Below, piece after piece: positions 52,967-64,000 of a DNA stretch of 64,000 bases. Location of the stretch: the NCBI RefSeq assembly GCF_009914755.1, contig NC_060936.1; one strand, given 5' to 3'. How positions within the stretch are numbered: position 1 is the first letter of the stretch; each line of letters begins with the position of its first letter. A program made the position numbers and the translations under genes. Below the pieces are notes generated by a model that saw nothing but the letters and a program-made list of their open reading frames with translations, was not told where the DNA came from and did no database searches. The DNA is from the human T2T-CHM13v2.0 reference genome, Homo sapiens.

Positions 52967-54325
52967 TGATTTTTTATGAAAAAGGGAATCTTTGTGCTTT
53001 TTGATTCATAATTAAGCCAAATTTTCTTGTAGAAAATAGGTCATTGTTAAAATAGAGTTTTGGATCAAGCCAATGTCTGTGGGAGATAAGAATAATTGGA
53101 AAATTAATTTTCATATATTAGGGTTTTGTTTATATCTAATAATCCATCATTTATTACCCAGGGAGTAAAAACAACTCCTCAAAGCAGTATTTTTCCGGCT
53201 TTTCTTACATCTCTATGGGAACACTAATCCTGCTTTAAATGTTTCACAAAGAATCTTGGGCGTTTCCTCTAGAAGTTGTTGCTCAGGTTCTCCATGAATT
53301 AGCCCTTTGATTACCACCAGTTCCATTTTCCTACTCTGGCTCAGATGGAGATCCTCTTGTGAACCCAGTAAGCAGCTCTTTGCTGATGCTTGCTGATTGC
53401 TCCGCTGGTGATATTACTGATGATCCATGAAGCTTATTCCAAGGAATACAATGTTCAGAATTGAGACTGCTGATGTTTGCTCCAGGATTAATGAATAATA
53501 TCAAATATCCTTGTTAAGATGCCACCTCTTCTGTTGAGAGCCACCAATGTCTCCACCAAGTTTGCTATCCGATGTCAAGAATCCTATGTTTGTACAGAAG
53601 GCGTTATCTCTTGTTGCTGTTGCAGTCCCAGCATCCAATGTAGCTAGAACCTTTTATTACTGATGTCTAGATGGAAATTTAGTGAAAAGTGTCTTTTGAG
53701 CATTTCTAGATTTGTAATTACAATTACCTCAATCTAGTAGTCAGTCATAGGTCCATGGAAAGCTGGCCTGGATGATAATTTGAGTGATCAACTCATCAAC
53801 ACTCAGAATCATTGTCTCTAAGCAAAATATTGTGCCTTGAGTCTCTTTTGTCTTATGAACAATTTTTCTGGAGGTGTCTCCAAAACCTCATATAAACAGA
53901 CTCGTTGCTAATCTATCTTGCAGCTTTCTTTTATTCCTTATGTTGATAACAGGTAGTCAGACATCTTCAGCAAGATTGATCCCCCTTCTTTTGTACTTTT
54001 CTCATGTACTTCATTACCAAATCCTATGTGCATTCTCCCAAAAAATTTCTTTTCTATACAGCCCTGCTTTTCCAATTCTACTGCACTGCCTAGTTTAGGA
54101 CTTCATCATATTCACAGACACCGGCAGTTTCAAAGTGTGGTCTGCAGATCTCATGGTGCCCAAAACACTTACAGGGAGTACCAAACCTATTTTTACAATA
54201 ATATGAAAAAAAATGTCTTTTTCACTCTGTTGACATTTGTACTAATGATGCAAAGCAATGGTGCATAAAAATGCTGATCCTGAGTGCAAATTAAGAGAAT
54301 GCTACCAAACTGTATGTGAGCAGCT

Positions 54326-54633
<308 letters not shown>

Positions 54634-55234
54634 AATTTTATTCTTCATTGCCACACACTTACAGTAAAGAAAATGAGTTTCACTTAAGAATGGCTTTGAT
54701 GGAGCAGTACAAATTATTTATTTTACTAAATCGCTAATTTTACTAATCTTACTAAAATTATTAATTTTATTGAATCCTGTGAGTACACATTTTTTGGTCT
54801 CATTTTTTAATTTTAAGTTCCTCAAATGATTTCAACACTTATATCCAAATGAGAGCCCCTGGTTTCCTGTATTTTTTTTTTAAAGGGAGCAATAACACAA
54901 AAATAAAAACTGTGATGTTTAATCATAATTTTATATGATTCATTATAATTTGTATGATTAAAATTCAGTTGCAGTTAAAATTAAGTTAAGATCTTAGATT
55001 TCCCCAAAGTATCATGAAAATTAATATACTTATATTGGTAAAAAATAAAACACTGGAAAATAGATGGTGGTATGTATGGGTATTTATAAATATATATATG
55101 TATTTTTTATTTTATTTTTCACCTTTAATCTCTTTTACTGGGCAAAGATAAATTATGAGTGGTATTTTCTAGTATGTGTTAATTTGTTCTCCAGGATTGA
55201 AAAGCATCATTTTATACTTTTATTTTACTCCCCC

Positions 55235-55515
55235 TTTTTTTTTGAGATGGAGTCTCACTCTGTTGTCCAGGCTCGAGTGCAGAGGCATGATTGGCTCACT
55301 GCAACCTCCACCTCCCAGGTTCAAATAATTCTCATGCCTCAGCCTCCCAAGTAGCTGGCATGTGCCACCACACCTGTCTAAATTTTGTATTTTTTAGTAG
55401 AGGTGGGGTTTTGCCATGTTAGCCAGGCTGGTCTTGAACTCCTGGCCTCAGGTGATCTGCCTGTCTCAGCCTCCCAAAGTGCTGGGATCACAGGCACGAG
55501 CCACTGCACCCGGCC
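55235..55515 (-). mobile_element. AluS
   Basis: Antisense dimer. Confidence 0.92.
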
Positions 55516-56488
55516 CATTTTACACATATTTTTAATATTCTATGTGACAAAATAGGAAATATGCATACCTTTTGCTGCGAACCAAAATATGATGGTTGTA
55601 TTGACAAAAAGTGCTGTGTGATTGATTTGTGAGCTGAACTGCTTCTCCATGAACCATTTTTACTTGAAAAATGCTGATAGACCAACTATGGTTGTTCAAA
55701 TTTGATTATTTGGTGGACATTTTCTCAAAAAGTGAACAAAGCAAGCCTGTTACTTTAAAAAACACAACTGACAGTATTTGCTGCCAATGATAAATTCTGA
55801 GCTTTCAAATTTTAGGAATTTTGGAAATTTGTATGTGGCACTGTGAGCTTGACAGCCTCTTAATACTTACAGATTTTTCTGGTAAAGTCAGTGGTAATAT
55901 TAACAAAAGTGTGGCAGAGTCAGGATCCACACCCAGGCATTCCAACTCTAGAGTCTGTGCTCTTAGAGAGTTTACGGTTCTTCCTTCCCAGGCTTTTCTA
56001 CAGAACAAATGAGGTCCAAGCCCCTCAGCATGGCACTGACAGTCTTTGCATACAAAAATTTTTCCTTTCATGCTTAGCTGGTTTCCTTATTGAGCCTCCC
56101 GTTCTCCCCAAGTTTAATTGTTGTGTGCTATTCCCAGAAAAAGGAAGTTGACTCTCAGAAACTAGAACGTGAATGTCTTACTACTGTGAAACATAGGCAG
56201 CATTAGATGAGGAGTAGGAAAGCTGACTGAGGGATAAGAAGAAGGAATGAATGGGTGATGCTGATTAGCAGAAAAATCTCTGGGGAACTTGGTGAGCACC
56301 TGGGAATGCAAATGTGTCTGTATATTTAAGTCATATTAGGTAGAAGGTAAGCTGCTGGTTTTGGCAGTCTACAAGAATGAAAGGAAATAGTGAGTCCTGG
56401 ATTTAGGTAGATAGAGATTGATTTGACAGACGATCCTGAAAGCAGGCAAACAATTTGGATGGCAGGAATCAGAACCCTGACTGGTCAG

Positions 56489-56650
56489 TGCTGTAGTTTG
56501 GATATAGTTTGTTTGTCCCCACCAAATCTCATGTTGTGATCCCACCCCCAGTGCTGGAGGTGGGGCCTAATGGAAGGTGTTTTGGTCATGGGGGGCGGAT
56601 CCCTCATGAATAGATTAGTGCCCTTCCTGGGGGTGAGTTCTCGCTCTATC
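56489..56650 (+). mobile_element. MST LTR 5' fragment
   Basis: TGCTGTAGTTTGGATAT..CCAAATCTCATGTTG. Confidence 0.75.
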
Positions 56651-56815
56651 AGAGATATTTTGTGTAAATACAATCCAAATGCATTCATAATTTCCCCCAT
56701 CCTAGTTTTTTAAAACTGAAATATTTTACATATTGGTTTTGTATCTTAATTTTTTCTTTTAATATTATGCTTTTGAAATATTTCCATATCAGTGCATGAA
56801 GAACCCCCTTATTAG

Positions 56816-57182
<367 letters not shown>

Positions 57183-57396
57183 GGTCCTAAACATTTTTTT
57201 AAACCTAGCTGTCAATGATAGTACTATGGACAAGATGGCCAATTGGGCTTTCCTATTGCTGGATAATTAGTCTGAAACTAGACTTTTTGTTTGGTGGCAA
57301 TTTTTTGCCTCCCTTAATTTCTCAGTGATTGCACTTTATACAACAGGGGCTCCATCACAGGTTTATGCACACAATTAATAGTATTAATACTCTTCA

Positions 57397-57877
<481 letters not shown>

Positions 57878-58639
57878 CTACATGAAGAAAATGGTTTCAG
57901 ACATTTGACTTCTTTAATTTTTGCATACTCTTTGTGATGGTTGTTAGCAAAGACCTAGAGTGGTTGTATGGCTATTTGCAAAGGCTGAGTGTGACTTGAT
58001 ATTGGCTCAACTTGAAAACTTTGATATTTGATGTTTGTATTCAAAATTGGAAACAAAGGTGTTTAAAAGGATGATATATGATTATGGGGTGGCATATAAG
58101 ACTTTGCAGAACTTACCTGCACACTTATATATTTTCTGCCAAAATAGTTGTTTGTTTTGATGTTAACCTGTGCTTGTCATGTTTATCTCCATACCTTCTT
58201 TGGTTTAAAGTTTATTCTAATTAAAACCCTAATTAGTAATATTTGTATTTACTGGTAGCTTAGCTGTCTGAGTGTAATCTCATTTTGTTTGTTAATTGGT
58301 TTGCATTATTAGCTCATGTTAAATTGCCAAGAAAAATCCTGAAGACAAGTGAACATAATTAAATTGGAGCATGGGTCACTTCTTACTGCCTCTTTTTCCA
58401 GTGAGCAGAGAATTTCTATAAACAAAAACAAGGTCTACTTTAAAGAGAAATAAATAAGGTTTGTATTTTAAGTAAGGATAAATCCTATTGTATTTAAGAT
58501 GATAGTTGTGAGATTTGATTGTTGTGAAATTTGATTGTTATGAAATATGAGAAGGTAAAACTGAGACTTATTTGAAGATTCATGCAATAATTTTCTTATT
58601 TGAGCAACATTTAAGACTTCATAGGGGGCGCCTTTTGGT

Positions 58640-59205
58640 AAAGAAGCAGAAACTTTGGAGTTAGATAGACCTGGGTTGGGGCTTGGATTTGACATTTACT
58701 GTCTGTGAGATCTTGGTTAAGTTACAGGCTGAGTATCCCTTATCCAAAATGCTTGTGACCACAAGCGTTTTGGACGTCAGATTTTTTCAGTTTGGAATAT
58801 TTGCATATACATTATGAGCTATCTCAGGGATGGAACCCAAATCTGATCACAAAATTTATTTATATTTCCTATATATCTTATACACATGGTCTGCAGGTAA
58901 TTTTAGATAATATTTTAAAATAATTTTGTGCATGAAACAGAGTTTTGACTGTAACCTGTCACATGAGGCCAAGTGTGAAATTTTCCACTTGTGACATAAT
59001 GCCAGTGCTCAAAAGATTTCAAATTTTGGAGAATTTCAGATTTGAAATTTTTGGATTAGGGATGCTCAACCAGTATTACTCTTTCTAAGCCTCAGTTTTC
59101 TCATCTTTAAAATGGATATAATAGCAGCTGTTTAATAGTACGTTGTTAGAATTAAATGAAATAGTGTATGTCAGGTAGCTCACACACCTTAGGCACTTAA
59201 AGAAC
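58640..59205 (+). mobile_element. MIR split by a Tigger4/MER46 insertion
   Basis: MIR halves (TTGGAGTTAGATAGACCTGGGTT ... CTAAGCCTCAGTTTTCTCATCT). Confidence 0.75.
58725..59073. mobile_element. Tigger4/MER46 (TcMar)
   Basis: TIRs CAGGCTGAGTATCCCTTATCC / GGATTAGGGATGCTCAACCAG with TA duplication. Confidence 0.85.
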
Positions 59206-60366
59206 ACAGTTTAGTTTTCCTTCTAGTCTTTAGATGATTCAGGGAGCATAATTAGAAGTTATAAACAACAACAAAACTCCACCTGTGAAATCTTTCTCTC
59301 TGTACGTCACTTAGGTAAACATAGCCAGATTTTCTGCAGAGAAGCATAAACAGTCTTTATTGTCAGTTTGATTGTCGACTTATCATAAAACAAACACAAT
59401 AGTCTGAATTTAAGAAATAGGGGCTTTAAATAGGCGGTGAGTAAATAGGCTGTGAGCAAGAAAGTTTTGACTATCACTATACAAAAAACACTTGATGTGC
59501 AGATTTGCCTAACACATTTTTTAAAAATTATAGAAATGTAATTCTGTATTTTCACAACTAAATTAATCTTTTCCCCTTCTGGTTAATTGGGGAATTATTT
59601 TTTACCTAGAATAATAAAACATACGATATGATCAAGTTCAATAATTTACTCTTCAAATTGATGAAACAGTTCTTCAAATAGTCTCACATAATTACACTGC
59701 ACATTTGAAAAGTATTCATTTCTTATAATATATTTAAATCAATGGTTAAAAATGAGCACACAGACAGAATATGCCAACAAATTTTGCTTTCCAGGGTGGC
59801 AGTGGAGAAGAGATGGGAGGTAGGAGGGAGAAGGGGAATTGAGAGGTAGCTAAATCCCTAGATCAATGAAAGTAATTAAACAATCTTGAAAAATTTGATA
59901 AATAATTAGTGCTAACAAACTCAATAGAAATCAAAACTAGTTAATACACTTAAAGAGGAAAAGAATCTCACAGACAAATAAAAGATAGAGAATGGCCATT
60001 TATTTATTCAACAAATATTTATTTAGTGACTATGATGTAAAAAATAGAGCTATAAACTAAAGAATATGTGGGCTAATTGAAAAAAATGTATCTATGGTAG
60101 AAAGAATTGAAGTCAAATATTTTATTCAGTTTACAAATGAAAGCCTCATAGATGTAGCTAAAATTACCATCCTAATTATTGTAAAAGTTACTACTTTTGA
60201 AATGAAAAAATATAAAAACATGACAACTTTTCCCCTCTCATTCAACTCCATTTTTCATAGTACCTTTTGTGCCTATCCTTTCCAATCTTTTCCTAATTTT
60301 ATACAGACCCAGTGAAAGATACATTACACACACATATATACATGTACATTCTCGTTACCAATTTTC

Positions 60367-60546
60367 TGTATTCGTTCTTACACTGTTATAAAGAACTACC
60401 TGAGACTGGGTAATTTAGAAAGAAAAGAAGTTTAATTGACTCACAGTTCCACAGGCTGTACAGGAGACTGTGGAGGCCTCAGGAAACTTATACAATCATG
60501 GCGGAAGGTGAAGGGGAAGCAAGCATGCCTTCAAATGGTGGCAAGG

Positions 60547-60592
<46 letters not shown>

Positions 60593-60783
60593 GGAGGTGC
60601 TACACGGTTTCAAACAACCAGATCTCATGAGAACTCTATCAAAGGACAGCACTAGGGGGATGGTCCTAAACCATCAGAAACCACCTCCATAATCCAATCA
60701 CCTCCCACCAGGCCCCACCTCCAACACTGAGGATCACAATTCAACATGAGATTTGGGTGGGGACACAGAGCCAAAGCATATCA
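60367..60783 (-). mobile_element. MSTA MaLR solo LTR with internal (GA)n
   Basis: TGTATT..CTGAGACTGGGTAATTT..GAGATTTGGGTGGGGACACAG..CATATCA. Confidence 0.88.
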
Positions 60784-61291
60784 TATACCTTACTTCACAA
60801 AAATTAAATCATGCTATAATATTCTATAATAATAGCTTTGTAATTAATGTTATTATATTCATGGGCTAGTGTCCTAGGAAAAAATGCTAGGTTATAGGGA
60901 ATGCACATTTTATAATTTCATGGACAAATTACCTTCCCATAGGTTATATTAATTTAGATGAGGAGACTTCCAGGTTGCCAAATACTCCTGCTAGCATTGG
61001 ATACTACCTTCTTAAATCTCCCCATTCCCGTTGGCAAAAATTATAAAGGTTTAAACTTTTTAGGTAGCCAAATCTGTTAGATTTTTCTTTACTAATTCTA
61101 GGTTTCCAATTTTACTTAGCCTTCCCCTCACCCTGCATCAAACAGTTGTAAAGTATTGTCCTATCTGTACCTATTAATATTTTAAAAGATATATTGCTTA
61201 CACTGAGCCTTAATATTTTGTTTCATATATGTTGAGAGATTATGAATTCACTTAAATGACTTCTGAATTCATAACTAGTTGTCCTAATACC

Positions 61292-61791
61292 TGACAGAGC
61301 AGGAGCATCTCCATCTTGGACAAGCCTCTCATTCTAAAGTTCACCTTAATAAAAAAATCGCCTAAATCCAAAGGGCACCAGCCTAATGGCTAAGGTCAGT
61401 ACGACCATAAACCACAAATAACATCTTCAACCAGAAACATTCCAAACTCCTCCCCGACCAGAGACATGCTAGCCTCGAGATAACCCACCTCCGGCCGGGA
61501 AGATGCCAGCCCCGAGATAACCCCTCTCCAAGCCAGAAAGATGTTTGCCCCAAGATAACCTCCCTTCCTCCCAGAGACATTCCAACCCCGCGATAAAACT
61601 TCTCCCTCACATAGAAACATTCCAACCTTGTAATAAGCCCCCTCACCCTAAAACCAATAGATACTCTTGGTCTGTAAGAGAAAGCGCTCCTGATTGAAAC
61701 TGGCCAGAAGCCCCTCTCATTTTTTATTTAAAGTAAACCTGTCTTTAACTGCCAGCTGCATTTTGTGTTTCTTTCCTCTTTAACTCTTACA
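61292..61791 (+). mobile_element. ERV1 solo LTR (LTR19-like)
   Basis: TGACAGAGCAGGAGCATC..CATCTTGGACAAG start, CTCTTACA end, TSD ATACC/ATACT. Confidence 0.75.
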
Positions 61792-61826
61792 ATACTATTT
61801 ATTGAACCATACATGGTCCTTTTTGA

Positions 61827-62368
61827 TGTAAGAGTTAAAAAGAAATTGTTTAGGCAGATAGGGTAAGGAAGTCCTCGGTAAGGTTTTCCTTTTAATGAAA
61901 AGCAGCCCCCAATCATTTCTTTTCTAACAAAGAGCAGCCTTTAAAATCAAGCTGCAGACATAGATAAGCAAGCTGGAAGCTTGCACGGGGGAATGCCAGT
62001 AGCTGTGCCAACAGGAAAAGGCTACCTGGGGGCTAGGCATGTTCAACCTGGTGGCTCCATCTTTTCTTTTCTTTGTCAACCACAGGTACAATAAGGAGCA
62101 GGCAACCTGGCGCCTGCCAGATAGAGATTCCATCTGCATAATAAGAGTAGGGTGGGATGGTCAGCTTCTTCCTGCGCTATGTAAATGGCACACCTAGTCT
62201 AGCCAATCTCTGGGCCCTATGTAAATCAGACACCGCCTCCTCAAGCTCCTCTATGAAACCCCATGCATTTCACCACTGAACAGGAAGATCCACTGAAGGC
62301 CCCCTCTCTTCCTGTAGGAGAGAGAGCTATTCTCTTTTTGCTTTCTGTTGCTTATTAAACCTCCGCTC
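61827..62368 (+). mobile_element. ERV1 MER4-group LTR (MER50/MER61-like), 3' end replaced by an Alu fragment
   Basis: TG start, GCTGCAGACATAGATAAGCAAGCTGGAAGCTTGCAC, ATTAAA poly(A) signal. Confidence 0.6.
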
Positions 62369-62527
62369 TTTCTTTTTTTCTTTTTTTTCCTTTTTTTCTT
62401 TTTTGAGACAGAGTCTCACTCTGTAGCCCAAGCTGGAGTGCAGTGGTGCGATCTTGGCTCACTGCAACCTCCGCCTTCTGGGCTCAAGCGATTCTCGTGC
62501 CTCAGCCTCCAAGTAGCTGGGACTACA
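62369..62527 (-). mobile_element. Alu right-arm fragment
   Basis: Antisense, truncated. Confidence 0.85.
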
Positions 62528-63694
62528 CGCTACATTTTAGTTTTGTTCCCTCACTTGGCATTTGTGTCCTTTTTTCTCTCAGTCTCCTCCCTCATCTCTC
62601 CCTTTACCTCATTTTCAGGGTGTATGTGTCTGTGTACACTCATACACAGTGCCTGTATCTCGTGGTAATAGGGTGGGGTGCCTGTGTCTTTGTCTTTCTG
62701 TAACTTTCTGAATGTTTATATCTTTTTCTGTTACTGACTCTAATTTTCTCCATTTTTCTCTTTCTCTCCTTCTGTCTCTTTCCAGATGAATGCTACCTGA
62801 AGTTACTTGTTGTCTGTCACAGCCACATCCAAAGGACAAACCAAGTAACTAAGTATTCCACAACACAGTCACTGAAACATAAACCCAACCACTGCATTCA
62901 TAACTCTGTAGGCAGCCCTGCTCTTGACCACATAGATCCTTTATGCTTTTATCATCAAAACTTTAGAGAACAACTTCAACTACGGTTTTGAAAAAGTGTT
63001 AATGCATTGATTATTAATAGAGATTTGGGGCAAAAAACACTTACCTCTTCATCATTTTTGCCTCCTTCTTACTGGAAATAGAATTGGGACCAGCATTTAA
63101 CAACAGGTAGAAAAAGTGAATAGTCCTGGGTCAGACTTTCCAGATATCATTCAGACAATCTTGAAGAGATTTGGGAAGTCTCAATACCTCACATTTTTTA
63201 GAGTTTTGACAGAGCAGAGACCTATTTTTCAGTGTGAAATCAAGGCCGAATAGCCTGGAAAAGGAGATGATGGTAGAACTTGCATTTCATCTTCCTTCTT
63301 TGTGGAAAGGATGAAAAACTATCAGTGATATTTCCAGTCTCAGTTGCAGGGAGGGGTCTGGACATGAATCAGGTCCTGCTGATGAGAAGTCCTTGAACAG
63401 AGTGGGGAGGCAGAAGAAGAGGGGGCTGTCTTCCTGACAGGCGTGCTCTGGCTGCAGGTTGACATGGCTGGCCTCAGCCTTTCCCTTTCTAGGCTCCAGC
63501 TTTGTGGGTGTGAGGCTTTCAGGGATGTGGCTGCAGCAGTGGGAGCAGAAGCTCCAAAACTCTGAATACCAGCTAACTGGTGTGACTTTGATACAGTAGT
63601 GGCTGCCTGACTTAGTTTGTTCCATATGCTTGGGATAGGCCTGCTTTCTACCCATTGCACCAGTCCTCTTCACTCTCAAACCTGCTCTTAGTGG

Positions 63695-64000
63695 CCCTGC
63701 TCTGTCGCCTGCCACCGCTGCTGGGGCCTGAGTGGTTCACTGCATCGTGAAGACAGATTCCAGACGCTGGGAACAAGCGCCTCCAATCCCAGACGCTATG
63801 TCCAGAAAAGGCTCTGTGGTTCTGGCCTACAGTGGTGGCCTGGACACCTCCTGCATCCTCCTGTAGCTGAAGGAACAAGGCTATGATGTCATTGCCTACC
63901 TGGCCAACATTAGCCAGAAGGAAGATTTCAAGGAAACCAGGAAGAAGCATTGAAGCTTGGGGCCAAAAAGGTGTTCATTGAGGATGTCAGCAGGGAGTTT
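63695..64000 (+). pseudogene. ASS1P: Processed argininosuccinate synthase 1 pseudogene, 5' part (runs off the window); which ASS1P paralog is undetermined
   Basis: ATG at 63798 reads [49 protein letters not shown], then after a 1-nt deletion near 63947 (A)LKLGAKKVFIEDVSREF, which is the ASS1 N-terminus. TAG at 63864-63866 replaces Trp23. No introns; ASS1-like 5'UTR from about 63695. Confidence 0.96.

Noticed and set aside
53365-53435. Minus-strand peptide ASWIISNITSG resembling an importin-alpha ARM repeat
   Set aside because: Similarity does not extend and flanking stops are present; likely chance.
61779-61839. 13-bp inverted repeat TTTAACTCTTACA / TGTAAGAGTTAAA
   Set aside because: Formed by the termini of two adjacent ERV1 LTRs; the first has its own TSD, so this is probably coincidental similarity of LTR ends.
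62035-62044. p53 half-site AGGCATGTTC in the LTR
   Set aside because: Only one half-site, with no adjacent second decamer.
63045-63254. Minus-strand exon candidate (CCTTTTCCAG acceptor, GAG/GTAAGT donor)
   Set aside because: Such pairs occur by chance and there is no independent support.
63287-63950. Minus-strand ORFs of 100-142 aa
   Set aside because: Antisense shadows of the ASS1 pseudogene and its flank; no recognisable homology.
63695-64000. Assigning a specific ASS1P number or chromosome
   Set aside because: Cannot be distinguished from the other paralogs without an alignment.

Overview
Repeat-dense primate (hominoid, most likely human) genomic DNA with no intact protein-coding gene. 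It contains about 45 Alu/FLAM copies, many solo LTRs (MLT2A, MER4, THE1, MST, MLT1, MER41, MER66-like, MER34-like, LTR19-like), DNA-transposon fossils, and old L1/L2/MIR/CR1 fragments. It also holds one full-length but inactivated L1PA4/5-type LINE-1 (about 34108-40358) and, at the right edge, the 5' part of a processed ASS1 pseudogene. Almost all ORFs in the track are repeat-derived artefacts. I found no evidence for a new multi-gene system. The most interesting signals are these: (1) the L1 appears to carry a short 3' transduction, bracketed by its target-site duplication; (2) its promoter has a 30-bp duplication of a SOX site and an ORF0 with an ACG start; (3) a templated insertion frameshifts ORF2 just after the FADD motif; (4) several LTRs carry intact STAT (GAS), DUX4 or GATA motifs; (5) locally templated fold-backs and micro-duplications recur across the window; (6) a few candidate lncRNA exons are present. 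Repeat subfamily names are from my recall of consensus sequences, and boundaries are approximate unless a TSD is quoted.
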